A stretch of 64,000 bases of DNA from Promethearchaeota archaeon (GCA_030599585.1 JAUVNS010000005.1:32001-96000), one strand, 5' to 3'. Counted from the stretch's first letter, positions 50,495 through 60,527 are shown. The notes: generated by a model from the sequence alone, not told the origin. A program made the numbers and translations.

Positions 50495-53116
50495 ATGAGT
50501 GAAATTTATAGAGGGGTAGAAGGAAGAGATAAGCGCTTGCGGGTTAAAGATGCATTTAAAGATGACAGTGGGCTCGGTCGAATTAGGATTGACGCTGAAT
50601 TCGTAAAAAAGTTGAAATTAAAAAACGGTGATGCAATAGAAATATCTAACCCTATTTCAAAATTAAAAACTGCTGCATTGTTATTTCCAAGTAAACCTGA
50701 AGATACTGGGACTGGTGTAATTCGGCTAGATCCATTTCTACGAAGAAATATCGATACTGCAGTGGATGATTCTGTTGAGATTCGTAAAATTAAAGTTTCT
50801 TTAGCGGAAAAGGTAGTATTCGCAGGATTAACAGAATCGGTTGTAATTAGCCCGAAGCGACTAAACTCCCTTTTAGAGAATAGAGTCCTTACTAAGAACG
50901 ATATATTAAGCTTTTACTCGTACAATAAGAAATATGATTTTATAGTTATTGATTTTTTACCAAAAACTGCCGCAGTAAGAATTCATGCTGATACGGAGAT
51001 TAAATTAAGTGAAAAAACCCATAAAGAAATTATAGAAAGAGAAAAATCAAGGGTAAGCTACGAAGATATAGGAGGATTAGCAGATGAAATTCAGAGAATT
51101 CGTGAGATGATCGAATTACCAATAAGACATCCAGAAATATTCAAAACTATCGGAATCGATCCCCCTAAAGGTGTTTTATTACATGGTCCTCCTGGAACGG
51201 GAAAAACTTTGTTAGCCAGAGCAGTTGCATTTGAAACTGACGCCCACTTTATAACTATTAGCGGTCCTGAAATCATGAGTAAATTTTATGGACAAAGCGA
51301 ACAAAATTTAAGAGATATTTTCGAGGATGCTAAAAAAAATATGCCTTCAATTATCTTTATCGACGAATTAGATTCAATTGCTCCAAAAAGAGGCGAAGTG
51401 ACTGGAGAAGTAGAAAGAAGGGTAGTAGCTCAGTTGTTATCTTTACTCGATGGATTAGAAGGGAGAGGCGAAATTATCGTCATCGGAGCTACGAACCGAG
51501 TTAATGATATAGATATCGCATTGAGAAGACCTGGTAGATTTGATAAAGAAATTGAAATAGGGGTTCCAGATACTGATGGTAGGCTAGAAATCTTGCAAAT
51601 TCATACTCGGGGTATGCCATTATTTGAAGATGTTGATTTAAGAACATTAGCAGAGAAAACCCATGGTTTCGTTGGTGCTGATGTTGAAGCATTAGCTAAA
51701 GAAGCAGCGATGTTAGCCATTAGAGAAATGCTGCCAAAGATCGATTTAGATAAACCGATTCCTTTTGAAATTTTAAGTGCTTTAAGAATTAAAATGGAGA
51801 ACTTTACTTCTGCGTTAAATAGTATCGAGCCTTCAGCATTAAGGGAAGTAGTAATTTCTCAACCCAAGGAAACATGGGAAGACGTAGGTGGGCTGGAAGA
51901 TGCTAAATTACAATTAAGAGAAGTTATCGAGTGGCCTTTTAAGTATCCTGAATTGTATAAACATTTATCTTCAAAACCTCCAAATGGAATACTACTATAT
52001 GGACCCCCTGGAAGTGGAAAAACTTTATTAGCTAAAGCACTAGCCCATGAAAGTGAAATTAACTTTATCTCAGTAAAGGGACCAGAATTTCTCTCCAAAT
52101 GGGTTGGAGAGAGCGAAAAAGCTGTAAGAGAAACCTTTAGGAAGGCAAGAGCTGCGGCTCCATGTATCGTATTCTTTGATGAAATTGACGCGATCGCAGG
52201 AATGAGAGGCAGATCTGCAAGCTCCGAGGTTACTGATCAAGTGATTTCTCAATTATTAACCGAAATGGACGGTTTAGAAGATTTAAAAGGCGTAATTTTA
52301 CTTGCAGCTACTAACAGACCTGATATGTTAGACCCTGCTTTACTTCGATCCGGCAGGTTTGGTAGGCATATCGAGATTTTTATACCTGATTTTGAAACAC
52401 GGAAGGAAATATTTAAGATTCATCTCAAGAATAAACCTTTGGCAAAGGATGTAAATTTTGATAAACTCGCTGAAGCTTTAGAAGATTATACAGGGGCAGA
52501 TATCCAAGCAATTGCTGAAGAAGCTACTTTATTAACAATTCGAAAGGCAATCCCCATTGTTAATAAGAAGAAGGTAGAATTACAAGAGCTCATGGATCAT
52601 CTGGAGCAATTAGAATCAGACTATCAAGAGCAGTTAGAGCAACATCAATTAAAGCAATCACAACTAGAGAAAGGCTATCAAGAGCAATTAGAGCAATATC
52701 AATTGAAGCAATTACAATTAGAGAAAGACTATCAAGAGCAATTAGAGCAATATCAATTGAAGCAATCACAAGTAGAGAAAGACTATCAAGAGCAATTACA
52801 ATTAAAGCAATTGCAATTAGAGAAAAACTATCAAGAGCAATTAGAGCAATTACAATTAAAGCAATCACAATTAGAGAAAGACTATCAAGAGCAATTAGAG
52901 CAATTACAATTAGAGATAATACAATTAGAGAAATCTAGTAAAGATATCAGCGAGTTAGAAGATAAAATTAAGAATGCTCGATCCAAGCTCGTAGCTAAAA
53001 TCGAGATTAAACAAGCAGAGTTCGACGAGGCAATTGATAAAATAATTAAAGGAGCAAACAGGGCGAAAAAAGTTCACGATCAATATTCAAAAGAGTCAGA
53101 GGAAATGTATAGGTAA
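50495..53116 (+). CDS. cdc48: Cdc48/p97/VAT-family AAA+ ATPase
   Basis: N-domain, two AAA modules ([13 protein letters not shown]; [13 protein letters not shown]), [10 protein letters not shown]-terminal MYR (HbYX). Confidence 0.96.
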   Translation: MSEIYRGVEGRDKRLRVKDAFKDDSGLGRIRIDAEFVKKLKLKNGDAIEISNPISKLKTAALLFPSKPEDTGTGVIRLDPFLRRNIDTAVDDSVEIRKIKVSLAEKVVFAGLTESVVISPKRLNSLLENRVLTKNDILSFYSYNKKYDFIVIDFLPKTAAVRIHADTEIKLSEKTHKEIIEREKSRVSYEDIGGLADEIQRIREMIELPIRHPEIFKTIGIDPPKGVLLHGPPGTGKTLLARAVAFETDAHFITISGPEIMSKFYGQSEQNLRDIFEDAKKNMPSIIFIDELDSIAPKRGEVTGEVERRVVAQLLSLLDGLEGRGEIIVIGATNRVNDIDIALRRPGRFDKEIEIGVPDTDGRLEILQIHTRGMPLFEDVDLRTLAEKTHGFVGADVEALAKEAAMLAIREMLPKIDLDKPIPFEILSALRIKMENFTSALNSIEPSALREVVISQPKETWEDVGGLEDAKLQLREVIEWPFKYPELYKHLSSKPPNGILLYGPPGSGKTLLAKALAHESEINFISVKGPEFLSKWVGESEKAVRETFRKARAAAPCIVFFDEIDAIAGMRGRSASSEVTDQVISQLLTEMDGLEDLKGVILLAATNRPDMLDPALLRSGRFGRHIEIFIPDFETRKEIFKIHLKNKPLAKDVNFDKLAEALEDYTGADIQAIAEEATLLTIRKAIPIVNKKKVELQELMDHLEQLESDYQEQLEQHQLKQSQLEKGYQEQLEQYQLKQLQLEKDYQEQLEQYQLKQSQVEKDYQEQLQLKQLQLEKNYQEQLEQLQLKQSQLEKDYQEQLEQLQLEIIQLEKSSKDISELEDKIKNARSKLVAKIEIKQAEFDEAIDKIIKGANRAKKVHDQYSKESEEMYR
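52610..52933 (+). repeat. In-frame 54-bp tandem repeat (6 units, one shortened to 45 bp) within cdc48
   Basis: Units start at 52610, 52664, 52718, 52772, 52817 and 52871; consensus [18 protein letters not shown]. Confidence 0.93.
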
Positions 53117-53140
53117 TAAAATTTAATAACCGAAAATGAA

Positions 53141-53935
53141 GTGATGTATATGGAAATAGAAGAAAAAAATCAAAACAAACAATTCATAAGTTTAGATAAT
53201 CTATTAGAAATTTTAGGTAATCCAACTAGACGGATTATATTGTCTAAATTAGCAAAAGTTCCACATTCCGCTTCAGAATTATCTAAAATTTTAGGCATTT
53301 CGAGACAAGCCGTACACAGTCAGTTAGAAATTTTAGGTTCAAGTAATATTCTTGAGAGAATTGGAGATGAAAAGCGAGGGAGCAAATTTCGAATAAAAAG
53401 TAATCTTTCTATAAGGATTGATATTACTCCAGATTATTATAACATCCAATACAGCATGGCTCAAATCGACAGCGACGCAAAATCCATCAATCTTAAAGAC
53501 ATTGGATGCTCTATCAAATACGAAAATATTAAAACTCCAGATAATAAAATTAGATTTTTGGGGGAACAGATTAGAGATATCGAGCATAATATTAGGGATT
53601 TAGAAGGAGATAGACGTAAATTACTGCAGAATAAAGAGTGCTTTATAATCGAACTTAAGAGTATCATTAATCGAACTTACCAAAAACATTTCCTAAAACC
53701 AAAAGCTGAGGTCGAAAATTTAGAACGGGAAATTTTCTATACATTATTTTACAATCCAGTACAATTTCGTAAAAGAATTAGCATAGATAATCTCATGGAT
53801 AGATTATTCTTTTCAGATCTAGATCCGTTTACCAGAGAATCTAAAATAGGAGACGTTAAAAGCCTTCTAAGGGATATGTCATCATTCATGGATTTTCTTT
53901 GGGAGGATGATGATGATTGGTTCTTTGATTTTTAA
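53141..53935 (+). CDS. ArsR-family wHTH regulator with coiled coil (candidate heat-shock regulator)
   Basis: ILGNPTRRIIL..L, ELSKILGISRQAV..QL; directly downstream of cdc48. Confidence 0.82.
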   Translation: MMYMEIEEKNQNKQFISLDNLLEILGNPTRRIILSKLAKVPHSASELSKILGISRQAVHSQLEILGSSNILERIGDEKRGSKFRIKSNLSIRIDITPDYYNIQYSMAQIDSDAKSINLKDIGCSIKYENIKTPDNKIRFLGEQIRDIEHNIRDLEGDRRKLLQNKECFIIELKSIINRTYQKHFLKPKAEVENLEREIFYTLFYNPVQFRKRISIDNLMDRLFFSDLDPFTRESKIGDVKSLLRDMSSFMDFLWEDDDDWFFDF

Positions 53936-54001
53936 AGCCGGATTAGTTACATTATTTGTTTTTATTCAATTTTAAAAAATAGTATCATTAGGAAGAGATA
54001 T

Positions 54002-54502
54002 ATGAACCTTAGGGATCTAAAGCAGGAAATGCCCGAAATATTTGAAACCGTTAAGAAAGATGTTAGACAGATATTAGGGCGTCATCGTGCGGGTTTGAGT
54101 TTAGGACTTGCCGAAATGGGAATGTTCCAAGGTGGATTTATAGGAGGAATGCATTTTCACCCTGGCACAGATATAGTAATGAATACTTCTCCTTTGAAGA
54201 TCATTTTAAAAACACAATCAGACGATATTGTTTGGGCATACACTTATCACATTCTACTTCACGAATACATCCATTCCCTTGGTGTTATTGATGAACGGCA
54301 GTGTAGAACTATTACGCTTAATATTAGTGAGGAAATTTTTAAAGACAACGACCATCCTGCACTAATACTCGCAAAAAGCGGAATTGGCGTATTTATACCC
54401 GATTTGAAAATTGTCTTTGTACCTCCTGAACGGCGTCCAGATGGTATGCTTATTGAATATGTATATGGTTTTGATAGAGAAAGTCAATCTTATTTTTCTT
54501 AA
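54002..54502 (+). CDS. Putative zincin-like metallopeptidase
   Basis: ILLHEYIHSLG (HExxH). Confidence 0.65.
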   Translation: MNLRDLKQEMPEIFETVKKDVRQILGRHRAGLSLGLAEMGMFQGGFIGGMHFHPGTDIVMNTSPLKIILKTQSDDIVWAYTYHILLHEYIHSLGVIDERQCRTITLNISEEIFKDNDHPALILAKSGIGVFIPDLKIVFVPPERRPDGMLIEYVYGFDRESQSYFS

Positions 54503-54598
54503 ATTATATTGCTAATTTTGTTTAAGAGTTAAAATTAATTAATCAGCACAATTTAAATTAATTAGAAAAGTTTTAAATACATTCTCGGGAGAATCAAA

Positions 54599-55672
54599 AT
54601 TACTGAATCTTCAGATCAAGATAAATTAGATCAAGATAAAGAAGAAGAGATAGAAAAAACTTTAGATGTAGCTGGAGATCAGTTAGTTTTAAATTGGCAA
54701 TATAAGGATGTTAAGAAGAAACTAACGTACGATATTAAAAAATGTATCGGGTGCAGTTTATGTAAACTTGTCTGCCCGGTTGACGCCATTGAACTTGGCC
54801 CAATCCCAGAAATTGCCCAAAATATATTGGACGATTCAAACCCTAAACTCTTTATTGATCACGATAAATGTTGTTATTGCATGCTATGCGTCGTTGTTTG
54901 CCCCACCGATGCGTTCCATGAAAATATTGAGCCAGAAGGACAAATTGTTATGGATGAGTTTCCTACTATAGAGAAATTCTATGAAATCAATTTTGATAAG
55001 TGTACAGAAGATAAGGAAAATAAAATTTGTCAATTATGCTTAACAGTAAGGGAAAGGAATCACATCCAAGAGTATTTTAAAATTTCAAAAGAATGCCCTG
55101 CTGATTGTTTTTCTATCAATACTCCAATCGAAGGAGAAGTGGTTATTAAGAAAAACATGTTACATAAATGCGATCCACAAGGTTGTAAAGCTTGCGTTAA
55201 TATCTGCCCCGTAGAATCTTTTTATATTCCTGAGAGTGCTGTAGATGTCCTAAAATATGGTAAGATTGCGTGTAACGAAAAAGAATGTTTTTATTGCGGA
55301 GCATGCGAAAACTCTTGCCCTGACGATTTAATTATTGTTAAAAGGAAAAATATTCAAATTAAAGATCCGAAAAAAAGCGAGCCTTATCCTTGGATAGAAG
55401 GTTGGGTCAAGAATATTGAAGAAGTATTAAGAAAAGCTCTTACTGAAGGAAAAGAGCAAATAGAAATCCCATCTATCGAAGAACATATTAGAAAAATCAG
55501 CAAGTCAAAAATTGAAAAAGTTCCTCAGCTATCTGAGGAGGATAAACTAATATTAAAAGAACTTAATGGTAAAATTCAATCCCTATTACAATCCTCAAAA
55601 ATAAGATATTGGATTAAGGATAAAAAAGTAGATAACATTCTCAAAGAATTAAAAAAAAAAATCCAAAAATAA
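54599..55672 (+). CDS. Polyferredoxin (FwdF-like), probable non-canonical start
   Basis: Frame is open from 54566 and encodes an extra CIGCSLCKLVCP upstream of the ORF-track start 54827; further CxxCxxCxxxCP motifs follow; start position inferred. Confidence 0.78.
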   Translation: MTESSDQDKLDQDKEEEIEKTLDVAGDQLVLNWQYKDVKKKLTYDIKKCIGCSLCKLVCPVDAIELGPIPEIAQNILDDSNPKLFIDHDKCCYCMLCVVVCPTDAFHENIEPEGQIVMDEFPTIEKFYEINFDKCTEDKENKICQLCLTVRERNHIQEYFKISKECPADCFSINTPIEGEVVIKKNMLHKCDPQGCKACVNICPVESFYIPESAVDVLKYGKIACNEKECFYCGACENSCPDDLIIVKRKNIQIKDPKKSEPYPWIEGWVKNIEEVLRKALTEGKEQIEIPSIEEHIRKISKSKIEKVPQLSEEDKLILKELNGKIQSLLQSSKIRYWIKDKKVDNILKELKKKIQK

Positions 55673-55709
55673 TTAATATGCTTAATTATGAGAACTGAGT
55701 GAAAATGGA

Positions 55710-56045
55710 TTGGAAAACATCAACAATAATGAAACAGTCATAATTGAAATACTGGAAACAGTTAAAGGGTTAATTCTAGAACCAAGAACCGACATTTCGT
55801 GGTCAACATTTGACAGTAAAAATGATTTGATTTTTGAAATAGATGCTCATATCCAAAAATTAAAACTCAGAGATTTTTCAAAAGTTAAAGACCTTATCCT
55901 TCTATTTGCACCCACATCAGATTTTCAAGAAATTTCACTGTCCAGTGGATGGAGTAATCATTATTTAAACATTTCTGAGAGATTTGATATTGCTATCAAA
56001 GGTTTATGTAAAAAATATAATTTAAAACCGTTTTTTGGTATATAG
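55710..56045 (+). CDS. Hypothetical protein
   Basis: 111-aa ORF with conserved-looking LFAPT..FQEISLSSGW segment. Confidence 0.65.
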   Translation: MENINNNETVIIEILETVKGLILEPRTDISWSTFDSKNDLIFEIDAHIQKLKLRDFSKVKDLILLFAPTSDFQEISLSSGWSNHYLNISERFDIAIKGLCKKYNLKPFFGI

Positions 56046-56183
56046 ATTTCGTTTTTTTTTGCCCTTTATATTAAAATTTGGAAAATTTTTATCGAAATTA
56101 AAAATATCCTCGTTTTTATAATTAGAGTTAGATGTATGGTTAATTCATAAAAGAAAATAGAAATATATTTCCCGTCAATTAGC

Positions 56184-56471
56184 ATGATACTAAAATTAAA
56201 AATAAAATCAAATAACAAAACAAAAAAGAAGCAAATTTTTGTTTGGATTGAAAAGAATAAAGCGTTTAAAGAAGATGTCCAGCAATTAATAGACTTCTTT
56301 AAAGATCAGATTCAAGTAAAAAAGAGGATTGGGCGCCATGTATATTACAAAATTACATCAGATAATCCCGCAATAATGTTATCTCTTCTTACAACAGTTC
56401 AAGATTTAATTCCTGATATCTATTTCAATAGTAATCAATCTGTCGATGTTGAAGAATTTCCCAAAATTTAA
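56184..56471 (+). CDS. Hypothetical protein
   Basis: 95-aa ATG ORF, no recognised motif. Confidence 0.55.
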   Translation: MILKLKIKSNNKTKKKQIFVWIEKNKAFKEDVQQLIDFFKDQIQVKKRIGRHVYYKITSDNPAIMLSLLTTVQDLIPDIYFNSNQSVDVEEFPKI

Positions 56472-56554
56472 CTCTCTTTCTTTAATGCGAGAATTACCTA
56501 TTTTTTTGAGTGTAGCTTTAGCGTAACTAATCCAAATAAGAAAAATCATAAAAA

Positions 56555-56628
56555 TGGGAGAGGGGGGATTTGAACCCCCGGCCACCTGGTCCCAAACCAG
56601 GAATCATACCAAGCTAGACCACCCTCCC
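56555..56628 (-). tRNA. tRNA-Pro(UGG), intronless, CCA not encoded
   Basis: Acceptor GGGAGGG/CTCTCCC, anticodon arm CCTGG-TTTGGGA-CCAGG, T arm GGGGG-TTCAAAT-CCCCC. Confidence 0.96.
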
Positions 56629-56820
56629 GTTAAATCTGTGAAGGAATTTGATATTTTAATTAAGAAAAATAAGATCAAAAAATATCTAATAAAGATACAA
56701 ATATTTTTTCGATTTTTAATTTTTTTATTTCTTTATTCCATCTATTAGTAGTTTTTGTTAAATCATATAAAGTAGTTTATATTTAAATTCCTTAGGAAAT
56801 CTCTTACACTTAGTTTTGAA

Positions 56821-57387
56821 ATGAAGAAAATAATTTACTTACAGAAAATTGGAGATATTGATCCTGGGATATTAATAGTATTAAAAAAAGATTTGAAGTG
56901 GTTCTTTAAAAAATATAACATCAAAGTTGTTATCCTTCCTGATCAGTTTTCAGTGTTGGCTTCCGAGTATGACTCCGAAGAGAGAAAATACGATGCGATA
57001 CAAGTTAAAAAAAGGTTAATCACTCATGGTAAGAATAAAAATTATTATCGCATTCTGGGGGTTATGAATATTGATATTTCGACCAAAGCTTCTAAGTTTT
57101 TATATGGTGTTGCTGATCTGCCTAAAAATAAGTCTTTTGGAGTGGCACTAATTTCAGTTATTCGTTTAAGAGATGAATTTTATGGATGGACGGAAAATAC
57201 AGCTCAATTTGAGCAAAGGGTCCTCAAAGAAGCAATTCACGAGCTTGGTCACACTTTTGGCTTAAAACATTGCGAAAATCTATGTGTGATGCGATCTTCA
57301 AACTCTTTAGTAGATACTGATCAAAAACCGCCAAAATTTTGCGAAAAATGTGCTAATAGAATTGACATCTTTATAGATAGTTTTTAG
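56821..57387 (+). CDS. Archaemetzincin (M54) Zn-dependent metalloprotease
   Basis: KEAIHELGHTFGLKHC...CVM..S.S..DTD.K...FCEKC. Confidence 0.92.
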   Translation: MKKIIYLQKIGDIDPGILIVLKKDLKWFFKKYNIKVVILPDQFSVLASEYDSEERKYDAIQVKKRLITHGKNKNYYRILGVMNIDISTKASKFLYGVADLPKNKSFGVALISVIRLRDEFYGWTENTAQFEQRVLKEAIHELGHTFGLKHCENLCVMRSSNSLVDTDQKPPKFCEKCANRIDIFIDSF

Positions 57388-58399
57388 TAGAATTTGTTTT
57401 ATATCTCTCTTTGAATTTTAACCATAGTTCTTCCCCAATTTTTAAGATATCTTTGTACCCTCTTACTAATTGTATCAGATCACGGGGTATATTTCCTTTA
57501 CCGAAATAAGCTCCTGCTAAGCTACCTCCTATAGCCCCCACAGTATCACTATCACCGCCTGCGGTCGATAATTGGAAAATGCACTCTTCGAATGAATTTA
57601 AATATTTTAAAAAGATGAAAATTGCGCAAGCTACAGTGCTCAGAGTGTAAGGATGAACAAATGCTTTACCTAAATAGTCTTCGATAAAATAAGGTGATTT
57701 TACGCCCGCTTGAGAGAATTTGATTAACCCGGCTTCTAAAGAGATGTTAAGATTATTCTTTACTTTATTTAAAATCTCTATAAATTCATCCCATATTTCT
57801 TCTCTCGAATTAGAGATAGGAGAAATAATAACATCAAAAAAATTATCAACTGAAAACCCTGTTTCTATTGTTTTATCTATTAAAAAAGCAATTGCTCGTG
57901 CGATCACTATCGCCCCTGCAGAAGCTGCTGGATGAGAATGAGTAATAGTACTTGAATGTAATGCGAAATTCGTTAGATTTTTTATATCTCTATTGTAAAA
58001 TAATCCAATAGGTGAAACTCTCATAGTTGTACCGTTTCCTCCTGAATTTGAAGCGGCCTTTTTCCACGGAATCCCGTATTTTAGTTTTTGAATCGACGAG
58101 ATACATCCAAATCCGGGACCTATAGGAGGGTCTTCAAGCCACTTGACATATTCTCTGATAATATAGTCTTCATTAAAACCAGATCCTTGAATAAGCGCTT
58201 TTGCTGTGTGTAATGTTAATTGAGTGTCATCAGTATAAGTATTAAATAACTTTTTATTACTTATTATAAATTCTTTAAAGTCACTAAAGCGGGAGTATAT
58301 TTGTTCCCTAAGAATCCCTTCAAAAGGATGACCTAATGTATCTCCTACTGCAACACTAATAAGACACCCTTGAAATTTATCTAAATAATCAGTCTTCAT
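57371..58399 (-). CDS. ADP-ribosylglycohydrolase (DraG/ARH family)
   Basis: AVGDTLG, YTDDT, GNGTTMR, THSHP, GGDSDTVGAI.G. Confidence 0.93.
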   Translation of the reverse strand: MKTDYLDKFQGCLISVAVGDTLGHPFEGILREQIYSRFSDFKEFIISNKKLFNTYTDDTQLTLHTAKALIQGSGFNEDYIIREYVKWLEDPPIGPGFGCISSIQKLKYGIPWKKAASNSGGNGTTMRVSPIGLFYNRDIKNLTNFALHSSTITHSHPAASAGAIVIARAIAFLIDKTIETGFSVDNFFDVIISPISNSREEIWDEFIEILNKVKNNLNISLEAGLIKFSQAGVKSPYFIEDYLGKAFVHPYTLSTVACAIFIFLKYLNSFEECIFQLSTAGGDSDTVGAIGGSLAGAYFGKGNIPRDLIQLVRGYKDILKIGEELWLKFKERYKTNSTKNYL

Positions 58400-58625
58400 A
58401 GTTAAAAATGAACTTTATAAAAAAATCATAATTAACTTCTTATTTAATTTTATTCTTAAATTTCAACACTTTCTCTACGGTTGAATTATTAGTATTTGTA
58501 AACGGGATTGTAATATAAGGTGTAGTTTATGACTAGTTTAGCAATAATCCTTATAAATGTCTTTTACCTAATTAAGAGATAATCACTAATTTTTATTTAT
58601 ATTTACAGAACAAGGATATTTAGTT

Positions 58626-59525
58626 ATGAAAAAATTAGATAAGTTACGAAATGTAATTACGGCAATGATTACTCCTTTTAATGAAGATCTAACCATCGAC
58701 GAACCAAAATATCGTGAATTCATCAGATTTCAGATACAAAATGGCTGTCAACCACTAACTATGGGCACCACGGGAGAATCCGCAACCCTTTCTCACAAAG
58801 AACACCATATTGCTATGGATATTACTGTTGATGAGGGCAAAAAGAGCGGAAAAGATCCCTTTGTTTTGGCAGGTGCTGGGAGCAACTCAACTAAAGAAGC
58901 AATTTCTCTCTGTCAATATGCTGAAAATGCAGGAGCAGACGGGTGTTTAGTAGTTGTACCGTATTATAACAAACCTGTCCAGCATTCATTAATCGATCAT
59001 TTTTCTGCAATAGCAGATTCAGTTTCTTTACCGATTATTCTTTATAATGTTCCCGGTCGAACGGGGCGTAATTTGGAACCTGAAACCGTATCCAAATTAG
59101 CTTATAAAAAAGACAACATAGTTGGGATTAAATGTGCGAGTGGGAATATAGATCAAATTACGAAGTTTATAAAAACAACACCAGATGATTTCATAGTACT
59201 TAGTGGTGATGATGGAATGACATTTCATATAATGGCTCTAGGTGGTAAAGGTGTTGTAAGCGTGGCGTCAAATATCATACCTGCTAAGTTAATGGATTTC
59301 ACAAACACAATGCTGAATGGAAAATGGGAGCGAGCGAGAGAAATGCAATTAGAGCTTTTTGATATTTTTAAGATATTATTCGTTGAAACCAATCCCGCTC
59401 CCGTGAAACTTTCCGCTGAATTGATGGGTATAATGAATAAAAGGATGAGATTACCTTTAACGCCACCTTTGGAAGAAAATCAAGAAAAAATAAAAGCAGT
59501 ATTGAGAAGTTTAAATTTAATCTAA
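58626..59525 (+). CDS. dapA: 4-hydroxy-tetrahydrodipicolinate synthase
   Basis: TAMITPF, GTTGES, PYYNKP, YNVPGRTG, GIK, SGDD. Confidence 0.96.
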   Translation: MKKLDKLRNVITAMITPFNEDLTIDEPKYREFIRFQIQNGCQPLTMGTTGESATLSHKEHHIAMDITVDEGKKSGKDPFVLAGAGSNSTKEAISLCQYAENAGADGCLVVVPYYNKPVQHSLIDHFSAIADSVSLPIILYNVPGRTGRNLEPETVSKLAYKKDNIVGIKCASGNIDQITKFIKTTPDDFIVLSGDDGMTFHIMALGGKGVVSVASNIIPAKLMDFTNTMLNGKWERAREMQLELFDIFKILFVETNPAPVKLSAELMGIMNKRMRLPLTPPLEENQEKIKAVLRSLNLI

Positions 59526-59551
59526 TTGCCAAACATAATCGAGTTGTTAAA

Positions 59552-60373
59552 ATGATAAAATTATTAATATTAGGGCCTTCTGGAGCAACCGGAAGATTAA
59601 TTTCTTCATTAGCGTTGACCGACGATGAAATTAATGTAGTAGCGGCGTGTGATCTTGCGCATATAGGTGAAGATCTAGGGTCCTTGTTAGCATCTCCTAA
59701 CCCTGATAATATAAAGATCAAAGACGTAAATCAGCTTCAAGAAATCATTGATGAAACTAATCCAGATGTGGTTGTAGATTTTACAATCGCGAGTGCAACA
59801 GAAAAAAACTGTAGAATCTGCGTTAAGAATGGAATCAGATGTGTAATTGGAACAACTGCCATGTCGAAGGAATTCTTGGAGGATTTTGAAGAACTCGTAG
59901 AAAAGCATAATGCTCCTTCAATAATATCACCAAATATGGCAACTGGAGTAAATGTTCTGTTTAAAATTGCTGGAATTTTGACGAACTATTTAAATGAATG
60001 GGATATTGAAGTAATTGAAGCCCATCATCATAGAAAAATGGATTCACCTAGTGGTACTGCCTTGAAAATTGGAGAAGTTATAAGTAAAGCTCTAGATGTT
60101 GATTTAAATGCAATTGCTAAGTTCGGACGCAATAAAGGTCCAAATAAACGCTTAGTTGGAGCTAAAAACGAAATAGGGATCCATTCAGTTAGGGGTGGTG
60201 ATATTGTTGGCGACCACACTATTTTATTTGCAGGATCAGGGGAACGCATTGAATTAAAGCATCAAGCCCATAACAGAACATGTTTTGCTACAGGCGCTAT
60301 TAAAGCTATTAAATTTATCTCTCAAGCTACAGAAAATAGGATTTATAGTACAAACGATGTATTAGGTTTGTGA
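59552..60373 (+). CDS. dapB: 4-hydroxy-tetrahydrodipicolinate reductase
   Basis: VDFT, IGTT, EAHHHRKMDSPSGTA, RGGDIVGDH. Confidence 0.96.
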   Translation: MIKLLILGPSGATGRLISSLALTDDEINVVAACDLAHIGEDLGSLLASPNPDNIKIKDVNQLQEIIDETNPDVVVDFTIASATEKNCRICVKNGIRCVIGTTAMSKEFLEDFEELVEKHNAPSIISPNMATGVNVLFKIAGILTNYLNEWDIEVIEAHHHRKMDSPSGTALKIGEVISKALDVDLNAIAKFGRNKGPNKRLVGAKNEIGIHSVRGGDIVGDHTILFAGSGERIELKHQAHNRTCFATGAIKAIKFISQATENRIYSTNDVLGL

Positions 60374-60392
60374 GAGAGATAAAATTATAAAA

Positions 60393-60460
60393 GATCAGGG
60401 CAGATCAGTCTTATCATCAATCTATATTATACAGATTTCATATTGCCAACTCTTCATTTA
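60393..60460 (-). ncRNA. Box C/D 2'-O-methylation guide sRNA (candidate)
   Basis: Minus strand: C ATGAAGA - guide GTTGGCAAT - D' ATGA - hairpin AATCTGTA/TATAGATT - C' TGATGA - guide TAAGACTGATCTGCC - D CTGA. Confidence 0.72.
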
Positions 60461-60527
60461 GAAGGTTTAAAGGGTATCCAGTCCTTAAAGCTTCCTTATT
60501 TATAATTCTATCTCGTGATAATAAATG

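Noticed and set aside
52590-52868. Hydrophobic antisense ORF (IALIVIAL...)
   Set aside because: Shadow of the cdc48 repeat on the opposite strand
52610-52933. CRISPR array or intein in cdc48
   Set aside because: Units are head-to-tail with no unique spacers and stay in frame; no intein terminal residues and no cas genes
54768-54971. 67-aa alternative-frame ORF
   Set aside because: Overlaps the extended polyferredoxin frame, which carries the Fe-S motifs
56554-56748. 64-aa ORF MGEGGFEPPAT...
   Set aside because: Antisense translation of tRNA-Pro
55710-57387. Integrated element at tRNA-Pro
   Set aside because: No integrase and no duplicated tRNA 3' end seen in the window
60414-60441. AUGA-stem-GA element as a eukaryote-type SECIS (Lokiarchaeia are known to use Sec)
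   Set aside because: The upstream CPBP gene has no in-frame UGA, the stem is too short, and flanking C and D boxes plus an rRNA-complementary guide explain it better as a C'/D' motif
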